Shown in pieces: positions 33,431-46,697 of a stretch of 64,000 nucleotides of DNA. A model generated the notes under the pieces. It was not told the origin of the DNA, searched no databases, and saw nothing but the letters and a program-made list of their open reading frames with translations. Every line of letters starts with the position of its first letter. The first letter of the stretch is position 1. Origin of the DNA: Mayamaea pseudoterrestris (lineage: Eukaryota); contig BROI01000004.1 in the NCBI GenBank assembly GCA_027923505.1, forward strand, positions 806,001-870,000, read 5' to 3'. A program made the translations under genes and the position numbers.

Positions 33431-34364
33431 TTCTGACAGGTGCTGCTGCCAACACTATAAATTGTGCAATGGCATATCTCTATGACATGCTCCTATCGTT
33501 TGGTTGTACTGCATGATTGAAGCATGTAAAAGCCTTTGCCTCCTCTCATTGCTGATCCTAGCGCGTCTGACACATGTGCTGGTTTGAATGGAATGGAAGT
33601 GGCATGGAGTATGTTTTAGCATTTTCACTTTGCCACAGAACTTTCAGGCTGATTGTTGACCATATTACAAGAAGGTGAGAGCAGGCAGCGCGTAGATCTG
33701 TGTTGCAATACAGGGAACAAGAAAATTCTCTAATGCTTTTTAGCTTGTGGAGCAAGTACGAGTGTCCACTTGTACATACTACCAGCATAATGATTGTGTT
33801 TCGGAGTATGAGCTCAACATAACTTTCCACCATGTATACATAGGATAGCTATGTACTCTACCAACAAGTTACAACACGTATCATATAATATATCACACCA
33901 CTTACGACCCCAGTCAGAGAGATAATGTCATCGTTAATTGACCTTTCAAACAGTTCAGTCCCCGATGTCCGTATCACGTCCTCGCCCGTAGAGCCAGTAC
34001 TTTCATGCATTACGGCCCTATGACCTGTTCACTCTTGGCCTCGCCGCCACGTGACTCAACATGCCAATGATGTTAAGCCCTTGCGTACCTATTATTTAAC
34101 AAATCGCCTGTCAAAAAAGTACTGTTGTTCTCAATGTACGATTTTACTTATCATGATCGATCGAGGGATGACTTGGCCCGCGCTAGACGAGCTCAAAGCA
34201 CACTGACAGGATGGTTTGGCCCTTGTGCATCTCAAACCGCGAAAGCGCGGCGCAGCGGCCATCGTCTCATTCTTTCGAAGCTGGAAACACAACACAAGTG
34301 CTTATTTCTTTGCTTGATCCAACTTGCAATCGAGAGAATATTTCAAGTCTACTGCGATACCATC

Positions 34365-37300
34365 ATGAAACTCATCAACTGTGCGGCTCTGCTGTCGTTG
34401 ATCGGACAAGCCAATGCCAACTGGTACACTCCAAAGGCTGTTCGTGACTTCGACTCCAAGGAAAGTGACGAAAATCTTGTTGCGTCTCAAGTCAGTCATG
34501 AGGCAGCTCTACTTTCGCCGATCAGTCTGACAAGTTGCGACGATCCTGTCGATATCTGCATTATGGACGACCATCCGGAAGGCGCGTTTCGAAAGTGCTG
34601 GCAGGTACTGGCCGGCAACACGATCTTTGCGGGCACCTTTTGCATTACCACCAACGAGTTTGAAGGAAGCGACACGTTCCACATCACGTTCGATACTACC
34701 GGCAGCGGCTGGTTTCTCGACGAGGCGAGTTTGTGGATTGGCGAGCATGGTACGTTTCCTCAAACCATCAAAGGCTTGCCACGCAGCGACCAATTCCCCG
34801 TTGCGACTGGACGTTTGAGCAAGACGCGACCTACCATCTACACGGCCGAGCTTCCTTTCGAGCACACTGGCGCCGTCGACGGACCATCTGGTAAAGTTTC
34901 GGCTTGCTGTGCAGGATCGGCGCCTGCAGTTTACCAAGTGCTTGCTCATTGTAAAGTTTACAACTCCGAATCCAGTCAAGTTGAGTCAATTTGGGGAAAT
35001 GCGACCGAAATCGGAGCGAACTGGGCGATTGGTGCAAATGTTACGCTTGGTTGTGACTGCGTCTCGTCTTCCACCGCTCACCAGGCGAAACGCAAGCGCA
35101 CCATGGCGAATGTACCAAGCCAGGCCATCACCCAATCCGATCGGAAGCTACAAGAAGGTACGAGCGCAGAGTTGTATGACGACGATCATTGGAATGGCTT
35201 ACATCTTCATTTTACTAACCCATCTCGCACAATAGACGCTGCAGACGTTGGTCAAGATCCAAGTACTTTGACGATGGAAGCCGACGACAACGACCTCGTC
35301 GCTGAAGATCAAGAATTTTTCACGGCGGCCAGGAATAACAACCCTAAGCCTACTAAGCCTCCAACTACTAAGCGTCCAACAGTTGCACCACCCCCGACAA
35401 CAGAACCACCGAAGGGCTGCGACACAGCCTATGCCTACTGCATCAACGCACCTCCTCCAAACGATAACAATCTTCCAGGTTGTTTCTCGGATTACGAAAA
35501 CGATTTAAAAAGCAACAGATGGGGCTGGGTTCATCAAGTTCCACCGAGCAGTTCTAATCCCTTTCCTTCCATCCAGTGCATCCTCTACGCTGGAGCAGGA
35601 CAGTGCGACCTTGATAAAGGCAAGAATGCGGGTACTGCCACGATTGAATCGAACAAGATCAAAATTCAGATGGCTGATGGCTATTCTTTAAGCGAGATCC
35701 ACTTTTATCATGGAACAGATGTCTTTCCAGCGGGCCCAAATGGACGTACTAGTTTGGTTGCCCCAGGACAGTACTCCAAGCCCGGATACGTTGCGACGGT
35801 AAATCCAAAGGAGTGGACGCCCAACAACGCCCCAATACAGCCAGGCGAGTATTTCATTTTGCACACCACAGTATGCGAGTCTAGTGCGGCACCAAGCAAG
35901 ACACCAAGCCGCACACCAAGCAAGACCCCAAGCCGCACACCAAGCAAGACCCCAAGCCGCACGCCAAGCAGGACCCCGAGCCGTACGCCAAGCCGCGGAC
36001 CTTCCCGCACGCCAACGCACAATGATCCAAGCCCCTTTCCTACAACTGAGCCCATGTGCCATTGCTGGTGTCCTTGTACTGAAGGTAAGACAAGGTGGGT
36101 GCTTCATACTCTCCAACTACTTTGTCTTTTCTCACCTTTTGTATATCTAATTTTTAAAGTTCCTTCTGGTGCACCAAGCCCATCTCCTAGTGGCGTGCCC
36201 TCACCGTCTCCAAGCGGTGTGCCAAGCCCATCCCCCAGTGGAGTCCCAAGTCCCTCACCTTCTGGTGTACCAAGCCCATCTCCTAGTGGCGTGCCCTCAC
36301 CGTCTCCAAGCGGTGTGCCAAGCCCATCCCCCAGTGGAGTCCCAAGTCCCTCACCTTCTGGTGTACCAAGCCCATCTCCTAGTGGCGTGCCCTCACCGTC
36401 TCCAAGCGGTGTGCCAAGCCCATCCCCCAGTGGAGTCCCAAGTCCCTCACCTTCTGGTGTACCAAGCCCATCTCCTAGTGGCGTGCCCTCACCGTCTCCA
36501 AGCGGTGTGCCAAGCCCATCCCCCAGTGGAGTCCCAAGTCCCTCACCTTCTGGTGTACCAAGCCCATCTCCTAGTGGCGTGCCCTCACCGTCTCCAAGCG
36601 GTGTGCCAAGCCCATCCCCCAGTGGAGTCCCAAGTCCCTCACCTTCTGGTGTACCAAGCCCATCTCCTAGTGGCGTGCCCTCACCGTCTCCAAGCGGTGT
36701 GCCAAGCCCATCCCCCAGTGGAGTCCCAAGTCCCTCACCTTCTGGTGTACCAAGCCCATCTCCTAGTGGCGTGCCCTCACCGTCTCCAAGCGGTGTGCCA
36801 AGCCCATCCCCCAGTGGAGTCCCAAGTCCCTCACCTTCTGGTGTACCAAGCCCATCTCCTAGTGGCGTGCCCTCACCGTCTCCAAGCGGTGTGCCAAGCC
36901 CATCCCCCAGTGGAGTCCCAAGTCCCTCACCTTCTGGTGTACCAAGCCCATCTCCTAGTGGCGTGCCCTCACCGTCTCCAAGCGGTGTGCCAAGCCCATC
37001 CCCCAGTGGAGTCCCAAGTCCCTCACCTTCTGGTGTACCAAGCCCATCTCCTAGTGGCGTGCCCTCACCGTCTCCAAGCGGTGTGCCAAGCCCATCCCCC
37101 AGTGGAGTCCCAAGTCCCTCACCTTCTGGTGTACCAAGCCCATCTCCTAGTGGCGTGCCCTCACCGTCTCCAAGCGGTGTGCCAAGCCCATCCCCCAGTG
37201 GAGTCCCAAGTCCCTCCCCAGCATCTCCAGTGGCGTCCAGCGGGAGCCCTCCCCGTGGCCCTCCTACCTTCTGGTGTACCAAGCCCATCTCCTAGTGGCG

Positions 37301-40300
37301 TGCCCTCACCGTCTCCAAGCGGTGTGCCAAGCCCATCCCCCAGTGGAGTCCCAAGTCCCTCACCTTCTGGTGTACCAAGCCCATCTCCTAGTGGCGTGCC
37401 CTCACCGTCTCCAAGCGGTGTGCCAAGCCCATCCCCCAGTGGAGTCCCAAGTCCCTCACCTTCTGGTGTACCAAGCCCATCTCCTAGTGGCGTGCCCTCA
37501 CCGTCTCCAAGCGGTGTGCCAAGCCCACTCCCCAGTGGAGTCCCAAGTCCCTCACCTTCTGGTGTACCAAGCCCATCTCCTAGTGGCGTGCCCTCACCGT
37601 CTCCAAGCGGTGTGCCAAGCCCATCCCCCAGTGGAGTCCCAAGTCCCTCACCTTCTGGTGTACCAAGCCCATCTCCTAGTGGCGTGCCCTCACCGTCTCC
37701 AAGCGGTGTGCCAAGCCCATCCCCCCAGTGGAGTCCCAAGTCCCTCACCTTCTGGTGTACCAAGCCCATCTCCTAGTGGCGTGCCCTCACCGTCTCCAAG
37801 CGGTGTGCCAAGCCCATCCCCAGTGGAGTCCCAAGTCCCTCACCTTCTGGTGTACCAAGCCCATCTCCTAGTGGCGTGCCCTCACCGTCTCCAAGCGGTG
37901 TGCCAAGCCCATCCCCCAGTGGAGTCCCAAGTCCCTCACCTTCTGGTGTACCAAGCCCATCTCCTAGTGGCGTGCCCTCACCGTCTCCAAGCGGTGTGCC
38001 AAGCCCATCCCCCAGTGGAGTCCCAAGTCCCTCACCTTCTGGTGTACCAAGCCCATCTCCTAGTGGCGTGCCCTCACCGTCTCCAAGCGGTGTGCCAAGC
38101 CCATCCCCCAGTGGAGTCCCAAGTCCCTCACCTTCTGGTGTACCAAGCCCATCTCCTAGTGGCGTGCCCTCACCGTCTCCAAGCGGTGTGCCAAGCCCAT
38201 CCCCCAGTGGAGTCCCAAGTCCCTCACCTTCTGGTGTACCAAGCCCATCTCCTAGTGGCGTGCCCTCACCGTCTCCAAGCGGTGTGCCAAGCCCATCCCC
38301 CAGTGGAGTCCCAAGTCCCTCACCTTCTGGTGTACCAAGCCCATCTCCTAGTGGCGTGCCCTCACCGTCTCCAAGCGGTGTGCCAAGCCCATCCCCCAGT
38401 GGAGTCCCAAGTCCCGCTCCTTCTGGTGTACCAAGCCCATCTCCTAGTGGCGTGCCCTCACCGTCTCCAAGCGGTGTGCCAAGCCCATCCCCCAGTGGAG
38501 TCCCAAGTCCCTCACCTTCTGGTGTACCAAGCCCATCTCCTAGTGGCGTGCCCTCACCGTCTCCAAGCGGTGTGCCAAGCCCATCCCCAGTGGAGTCCCA
38601 AGTCCCTCACCTTCTGGTGTACCAAGCCCATCTCCTAGTGGCGTGCCCTCACCGTCTCCAAGCGGTGTGCCAAGCCCATCCCCCAGTGGAGTCCCAAGTC
38701 CCTCACCTTCTGGTGTACCAAGCCCATCTCCTAGTGGCGTGCCCTCACCGTCTCCAAGCGGTGTGCCAAGCCCATCCCCCAGTGGAGTCCCAAGTCCCTC
38801 ACCTTCTGGTGTACCAAGCCCATCTCCTAGTGGCGTGCCCTCACCATCTCCAAGCGGTGTGCCAAGCCCATCCCCCAGTGGAGTCCCAAGTCCCTCACCT
38901 TCTGGTGTACCAAGCCCATCTCCTAGTGGCGTGCCCTCACCGTCTCCAAGCGGTGTGCCAAGCCCATCCCCCAGTGGAGTCCCAAGTCCCTCACCTTCTG
39001 GTGTACCAAGCCCATCTCCTAGTGGCGTGCCCTCACCGTCTCCAAGCGGTGTGCCAAGCCCATCCCCCAGTGGAGTCCCAAGTCCCTCACCTTCTGGTGT
39101 ACCAAGCCCATCTCCTAGTGGCGTGCCCTCACCGTCTCCAAGCGGTGTGCCAAGCCCATCCCCCAGTGGAGTCCCAAGTCCCTCACCTTCTGGTGTACCA
39201 AGCCCATCTCCTAGTGGCGTGCCCTCACCGTCTCCAAGCGGTGTGCCAAGCCCATCCCCCAGTGGAGTCCCAAGTCCCTCACCTTCTGGTGTACCAAGCC
39301 CATCTCCTAGTGGCGTGCCCTCACCGTCTCCAAGCGGTGTGCCAAGCCCATCCCCCAGTGGAGTCCCAAGTCCCTCACCTTCTGGTGTACCAAGCCCATC
39401 TCCTAGTGGCGTGCCCTCACCGTCTCCAAGCGGTGTGCCAAGCCCATCCCCCAGTGGAGTCCCAAGTCCCTCACCTTCTGGTGTACCAAGCCCATCTCCT
39501 AGTGGCGTGCCCTCACCGTCTCCAAGCGGTGTGCCAAGCCCATCCCCCAGTGGAGTCCCAAGTCCCTCACCTTCTGGTGTACCAAGCCCATCTCCTAGTG
39601 GCGTGCCCTCACCGTCTCCAAGCGGTGTGCCAAGCCCATCCCCCAGTGGAGTCCCAAGTCCCTCACCTTCTGGTGTACCAAGCCCATCTCCTAGTGGCGT
39701 GCCCTCACCGTCTCCAAGCGGTGTGCCAAGCCCATCCCCCAGTGGAGTCCCAAGTCCCTCACCTTCTGGTGTACCAAGCCCATCTCCTAGTGGCGTGCCC
39801 TCACCGTCTCCAAGCGGTGTGCCAAGCCCATCCCCCAGTGGAGTCCCAAGTCCCTCACCTTCTGGTGTACCAAGCCCATCTCCTAGTGGCGTGCCCTCAC
39901 CGTCTCCAAGCGGTGTGCCAAGCCCATCCCCCAGTGGAGTCCCAAGTCCCTCACCTTCTGGTGTACCAAGCCCATCTCCTAGTGGCGTGCCCTCCCAGTG
40001 GAGTCCCTCCCACCCAAGCGGTGTGCCAAGCCCATCCCCCAGTGGAGTCCCAAGTCCCTCACCTTCTGGTGTACCAAGCCCATCTCCTAGTGGCGTGCCC
40101 TCACCGTCTCCCAAGCCTTTCTGGTGTACAAGCCATTGAAGCCCATCCCCCAGTGGAGTCCCAAGTCCCTCACCTTCTGGTGTACCAAGCCCATCTCCTA
40201 GTGGCGTGCCCTCACCGTCTCCAAGCGGTGTGCCAAGCCCATCCCCCAGTGGAGTCCCAAGTCCCTCACCTTCTGGTGTACCAAGCCCATCTCCTAGTGG

Positions 40301-43300
40301 CGTGCCCTCACCGTCTCCAAGCGGTGTGCCAAGCCCATCCCCCAGTGGAGTCCCAAGTCCCTCACCTTCTGGTGTACCAAGCCCATCTCCTAGTGGCGTG
40401 CCCTCACCGTCTCCAAGCGGTGTGCCAAGCCCATCCCCCAGTGGAGTCCCAAGTCCCTCACCTTCTGGTGTACCAAGCCCATCTCCTAGTGGCGTGCCCT
40501 CACCGTCTCCAAGCGGTGTGCCAAGCCCATCCCCCAGTGGAGTCCCAAGTCCCTCACCTTCTGGTGTACCAAGCCCATCTCCTAGTGGCGTGCCCTCACC
40601 GTCTCCAAGCGGTGTGCCAAGCCCATCCCCAGTGGAGTCCCAAGTCCCTCACCTTCTGGTGTACCAAGCCCATCTCCTAGTGGCGTGCCCTCACCGTCTC
40701 CAAGCGGTGTGCCAAGCCCATCCCCCAGTGGAGTCCCAAGTCCCTCACCTTCTGGTGTACCAAGCCCATCTCCTAGTGGCGTGCCCTCACCGTCTCCAAG
40801 CGGTGTGCCAAGCCCATCCCCCCAGTGGAGTCCCAAGTCCCTCACCTTCTGGTGTACCAAGCCCATCCCCCAGTGGGGTGTACCAAGCCCATCCCCCAGT
40901 GGAGTCCCAAGTCCCTCACCTTCTGGTGTACCAAGCCCATCTCCTAGTGGCGTGCCCTCACCGTCTCCAAGCGGTGTGCCAAGCCCATCCCCCAGTGGAG
41001 TCCCAAGTCCCTCACCTTCTGGTGTACCAAGCCCATCTCCTAGTGGCGTGCCCTCACCGTCTCCAAGCGGTGTGCCAAGCCCATCCCCCAGTGGAGTCCC
41101 AAGTCCCTCACCTTCTGGTGTACCAAGCCCATCTCCTAGTGGCGTGCCCTCACCGTCTCCAAGCGGTGTGCCAAGCCCATCCCCCAGTGGAGTCCCAAGT
41201 CCCTCACCTTCTGGTGTACCAAGCCCATCTCCTAGTGGCGTGCCCTCACCGTCTCCAAGCGGTGTGCCAAGCCCATCCCCCAGTGGAGTCCCAAGTCCCT
41301 CACCTTCTGGTGTACCAAGCCCATCTCCTAGTGGCGTGCCCTCACCGTCTCCAAGCGGTGTGCCAAGCCCATCCCCAGTGGAGTCCCAAGTCCCTCACCT
41401 TCTGGTGTACCAAGCCCATCTCCTAGTGGCGTGCCCTCACCGTCTCCAAGCGGTGTGCCAAGCCCATCCCCCAGTGGAGTCCCAAGTCCCTCACCTTCTG
41501 GTGTACCAAGCCCATCTCCTAGTGGCGTGCCCTCACCGTCTCCAAGCGGTGTGCCAAGCCCATCCCCCAGTGGAGTCCCAAGTCCCTCACCTTCTGGTGT
41601 ACCAAGCCCATCTCCTAGTGGCGTGCCCTCACATCTCCAAGCGGTGTGGGTGTGCCAAGCCCATCCCCAGTGGAGTCCCAAGTCCCTCACCTTCTGGTGT
41701 ACCAAGCCCATCTCCTAGTGGCGTGCCCTCACCGTCTCCAAGCGGTGTGCCAAGCCCTCCCCGTGGGCCGCCCCGTGTACCAAGCCCATCCCCCTCAGTG
41801 GAGGTGTCCCAAGTCCCTCACCTTCTGGTGTACCAAGCCCATCTCCTAGTGGCGTGCCCTCACCGTCTCCAAGCGGTGTGCCAAGCCCATCCCCCAGTGG
41901 AGTCCCAAGTCCCTCACCTTCTGGTGTACCAAGCCCATCTCCTAGTGGCGTGCCCTCACCGTCTCCAAGCGGTGTGCCAAGCCCATCCCCCAGTGGAGTC
42001 CCAAGTCCCTCACCTTCTGGTGTACCAAGCCCATCTCCTAGTGGCGTGCCCTCACCGTCTCCAAGCGGTGTGCCAAGCCCATCCCCCAGTGGAGTCCCAA
42101 GTCCCTCACCTTCTGGTGTACCAAGCCCATCTCCTAGTGGCGTGCCCTCACCGTCTCCAAGCGGTGTGCCAAGCCCATCCCCCAGTGGAGTCCCAAGTCC
42201 CTCACCTTCTGGTGTACCAAGCCCATCTCCTAGTGGCGTGCCCTCACCGTCTCCAAGCGGTGTGCCAAGCCCATCCCCCAGTGGAGTCCCAAGTCCCTCA
42301 CCTTCTGGTGTACCAAGCCCATCTCCTAGTGGCGTGCCCTCACCGTCTCCAAGCGGTGTGCCAAGCCCATCCCCCAGTGGAGTCCCAAGTCCCTCACCTT
42401 CTGGTGTACCAAGCCCATCTCCTAGTGGCGTGCCCTCACCGTCTCCAAGCGGTGTGCCAAGCCCATCCCCCAGTGGAGTCCCAAGTCCCTCACCTTCTGG
42501 TGTACCAAGCCCATCTCCTAGTGGCGTGCCCTCACCGTCTCCAAGCGGTGTGCCAAGCCCATCCCCCAGTGGAGTCCCAAGTCCCTCACCTTCTGGTGTA
42601 CCAAGCCCATCTCCTAGTGGCGTGCCCTCACCGTCTCCAAGCGGTGTGCCAAGCCCATCCCCCAGTGGAGTCCCAAGTCCCTCACCTTCTGGTGTACCAA
42701 GCCCATCTCCTAGTGGCGTGCCCTCACCGTCTCCAAGCGGTGTGCCAAGCCCATCCCCCAGTGGAGTCCCAAGTCCCTCACCTTCTGGTGTACCAAGCCC
42801 ATCTCCTAGTGGCGTGCCCTCACCGTCTCCAAGCGGTGTGCCAAGCCCATCCCCCAGTGGAGTCCCAAGTCCCTCACCTTCTGGTGTACCAAGCCCATCT
42901 CCTAGTGGCGTGCCCTCACCGTCTCCAAGCGGTGTGCCAAGCCCATCCCCCAGTGGAGTCCCAAGTCCCTCACCTTCTGGTGTACCAAGCCCATCTCCTA
43001 GTGGCGTGCCCTCACCGTCTCCAAGCGGTGTGCCAAGCCCATCCCCCAGTGGAGTCCCAAGTCCCTCACCTTCTGGTGTACCAAGCCCATCTCCTAGTGG
43101 CGTGCCCTCACCGTCTCCAAGCGGTGTGCCAAGCCCATCCCCCAGTGGAGTCCCAAGTCCCTCACCTTCTGGTGTACCAAGCCCATCTCCTAGTGGCGTG
43201 CCCTCACCGTCTCCAAGCGGTGTGCCAAGCCCATCCCCCAGTGGAGTCCCAAGTCCCTCACCTTCTGGTGTACCAAGCCCATCTCCTAGTGGCGTGCCCT

Positions 43301-45386
43301 CACCGTCTCCAAGCGGTGTGCCAAGCCCATCCCCCAGTGGAGTCCCAAGTCCCTCACCTTCTGGTGTACCAAGCCCATCTCCTAGTGGCGTGCCCTCACC
43401 GTCTCCAAGCGGTGTGCCAAGCCCATCCCCCAGTGGAGTCCCAAGTCCCTCACCTTCTGGTGTACCAAGCCCATCTCCTAGTGGCGTGCCCTCACCGTCT
43501 CCAAGCGGTGTGCCAAGCCCATCCCCCAGTGGAGTCCCAAGTCCCTCACCTTCTGGTGTACCAAGCCCATCTCCTAGTGGCGTGCCCTCACCGTCTCCAA
43601 GCGGTGTGCCAAGCCCATCCCCAGTGGAGTCCCAAGTCCCTCACCTTCTGGTGTACCAAGCCCATCTCCTAGTGGCGTGCCCTCACCGTCTCCAAGCGGT
43701 GTGCCAAGCCCATCCCCCAGTGGAGTCCCAAGTCCCTCACCTTCTGGTGTACCAAGCCCATCTCCTAGTGGCGTGCCCTCACCGTCTCCAAGCGGTGTGC
43801 CAAGCCCATCCCCCAGTGGAGTCCCAAGTCCCTCACCTTCTGGTGTACCAAGCCCATCTCCTAGTGGCGTGCCCTCACCGTCTCCAAGCGGTGTGCCAAG
43901 CCCATCCCCCAGTGGAGTCCCAAGTCCCTCACCTTCCCGCACACCAAGCCGGACGCCTTCCCGTACACCAAGCCGGACACCTTCCCGTACACCAAGCCGG
44001 ACACCTTCCCGTACACCAAGCCGGACACCTTCCCGCACACCAAGCAGGTCTCCAAGCCGTACGCCTTCTCGCACACCTTCCCGCACCCCGAGCCGTACAC
44101 CAAGCCGCACTCCGAGTCGTACGCCCTCTCGCACTCCGAGTGCATGTCCAACCCCTCCATCCAATTGTGAAACCGCGTTTGCATACTGTACGCAATCGGT
44201 GTGTCCCAGCTCGCATGGAAGCACACCAGTTGCTATTCAGCCAAGATGTTTTTCGGAACTTCCGGTAACTCGCTGGGGTTGGTTCCATGTTCTGACCGCA
44301 GATGTTCAGTTTCCTTTTGAAATTCAGTGTGCGCTTTATGCTGGAGCAGCACAGTGCGATCGAAGCAAGGGAACATATGTTGGAACTGCAACAATAACCC
44401 CAACTACGTTCAACATTGACATGAGCCCTGGATGGTCATTGAGTGAAGTCCATTTCTATCATGGAACTGATCCAAAGTCTGTTGCCCAGTCCCCAGGCCA
44501 ATACTCTACTCAGACCTTTTTACCATCAGGCTCTCCTTGGACTCTTGATAAACCTGTCATTAAAACAGGTGAATCATTTATTCTGCACACTAAAACATGC
44601 CCAGTCCCTATAACCAGTCCTCCCAAGAAAAGCCCAACGTCAGCACCAAAGACGTACCCGACGCCCACAAACACGTACCCGACGCCCACAAACACGTACC
44701 CGACGCCCACAAACACGTACCCGACGCCCACAAACACGTACCCGACGCCCACAAACACGTACCCGACGCCCACAAACACGTACCCGACGCCCACAAATAC
44801 GTACCCGACGCCAACAAACACGTACCCGACGCCCACAAACACGTATCCAACACCTACAAACACATATCCTACACCCACGGCCCCTGCTGGTCCACCATGC
44901 GACCCGGATCAATGTGCTGACCTATTGTACCTCAACTCTAAAGGAAAATACAAGGCTGCAGGAAAAGTTTGCTCTGAAATTACTGATAAAGATACTGTCA
45001 AGGTCACATACAAGACAAGTGGAACTGATTACTGTCTCATGAAGCTGCATGCCAACATTGGAGCTATACCCCGTGATCCAAACACCAATGAAATCAAACT
45101 GGGCCAATTCGATGTAAGCTTCAATTCCAACATCAATCCAAAACAACTCAACATGGGAAATTGTTTGAAACAATACACTTTCAAAATCAAACTCCCTAAT
45201 ACATGCGCTGCAGGCAGTACTGTCACGAAAGCACTGGCCGCGCGAGCCTTTATGCAAAATGTCAACGGCAACGCTGCCCAAGATGAAGTGATTGCCTGGA
45301 GTGATGGCGAAGCACTCGTTCCCGCTGACCCAACCGGCGCAATGAGGACTCAGCTAGCACTTCCTTGCTCTTGCCCGAAAGCGTAA
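34365..45386 (+). CDS. Giant secreted Pro/Ser/Thr-rich (mucin/extensin-like) protein, ~3,600 aa; intron 36085-36159; frame breaks inside the array are likely consensus errors
   Basis: Signal peptide [21 protein letters not shown] (RXL) site; two copies of a Cys-rich WGW...LYAGAxQCD...EIHFYHG...PGQYS...FILHT..C domain flank the (PSPSPSGV)n array; SRTP and TYPTPTN repeats; Cys-rich C-terminal domain. Confidence 0.85.
36161..43937 (+). repeat. Coding tandem array: 96-bp higher-order unit (4 x 24 bp) encoding PSPSPSGV, ~81 units
   Basis: Unit CCTTCTGGTGTACCAAGCCCATCTCCTAGTGGCGTGCCCTCACCGTCTCCAAGCGGTGTGCCAAGCCCATCCCCCAGTGGAGTCCCAAGTCCCTCA is repeated almost invariantly. Confidence 0.98.
44652..44880 (+). 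repeat. 21-bp coding repeat (TYPTPTN)x~11
   Basis: Tandem copies of ACGTACCCGACGCCCACAAAC. Confidence 0.95.
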
Positions 45387-45749
45387 TGATTGAAACGTTT
45401 AGCTCCAAATAATGGGTCATAGTAGAATCTATTGCAGTAAACTTTAGTTTTAAACAAGTTATGCTACATGGCAGTCACTCAATTAGCTAATCGTCCCACT
45501 ATTGTGCTACCGGTACTGTACATAGTAGGTGTCGCATCACAACCACTGCAGGCGCCGTTCTAACAAGTACCAATACGACATCATACCCGGTGCGACTTTT
45601 AAAGTTACCGCTCTACTAAACATGCTGCTCGCGACGGACCGTCAAAAGCGTGTTGCACCGACCAGCCGAGACTCGTTTCGTTTGGAAGACCAATTACTAG
45701 TAGTACACTCTCTCTATCAAGTCTTGCATAAACAAGACTAGTCAGAAAC

Positions 45750-46697
45750 ATGAAGGTGCGACATGCAATCGTGTTGATGAGGCTATTTGGGGAGTCGCGT
45801 CCGCAAAACGTTACGCATGCGTCGGTTGTCGTTGCCGGAGTGGTGTTGCGCTAATGCACCTGTACCTCTTGCGTTTTGATACACCATGTGCGCACTCGTT
45901 TATTTTATGAAAATTGTAACTTACTCTGCTTCCTGTTGTTTTACAATTGACAGATCAATATTGCATGCCCGTCGACTGGCATGCAAAAGATTATGGAGAT
46001 TGACGATGAACGTCGTCTCCAGAATCTCTACGACCGCCGCATGGCCCAGGAAATTGATGGAAAGATCCTCGGAGAAGAATTCGATGGCTCCATTCTTCGA
46101 ATCTCTGGAGGAAACGACAAGCAGGGCTTTCCCATGCGTCAGGGTGTCTTGACCAACACTCGCGTCCGTCTTCTCTGCAAGAAGGGCCACAAGGCGTTCC
46201 GACCCCGCCGCGCCGGAGAGCGCAAGCGCAAGTCGGTGCGTGGATGCATTGTTGGATCCGACATTTCCGTCCTCAACTTGGTGGTTGTCCAGGCTCCGGC
46301 GGACAAGCCCATTGTTGGCTTGACCGACGACACTGTTCCACGTCGCCTTGGCCCCAAGCGCGCGAGCAACATTCGCAAGCTGTTCAACCTTACCAAGGAA
46401 GACGATGTGCGCAAGTATGTGATTGCCCGTGTCTTTACCAACAAGAAGGGAGTCACGGTCCGCAAGGCGCCCAAGATTCAGCGATTGGTGACTCCGCTGA
46501 CGCTTCAGCGCAAGCGCGCCAGAAAGGCCGAGAAGATTAACAACTTGAAGCACAGCAAGGAGGAGGCTGCTGCCTACAAGAAGGTTCTGGCGCAACGCTT
46601 GGCCGAGCAAAAGGAGCAGAAGCGCTCGCTCATTAGCAAGCGAAGATCTAGTCGCAAGAGTGCGAAAATGACGGCAGAGCAAGCTGCGCAGAAATAA
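45750..46697 (+). CDS. RPS6: 40S ribosomal protein S6 (eS6); intron 45756-45953 after MK
   Basis: [14 protein letters not shown]...[16 protein letters not shown]...[11 protein letters not shown]...[10 protein letters not shown]...[11 protein letters not shown]. Confidence 0.98.

Noticed and set aside
36104..44268. Long alternative-frame and antisense ORFs ([14 protein letters not shown]..., GDGLGTPL...)
   Set aside because: By-products of a 96-bp repeat that lacks stops in those frames; only the PSPSPSGV frame connects to the signal peptide and flanking domains.
45756..45953. Intronic box C/D snoRNA in the unusually long RPS6 intron
   Set aside because: A TGATGA (box C-like) is present near 45775, but no CTGA box D or terminal stem was found.
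45921..46682. 253-aa antisense ORF over RPS6, and similar antisense ORFs over FNR, the MYND gene and the coiled-coil gene
   Set aside because: Shadow ORFs caused by codon bias of the sense-strand genes.
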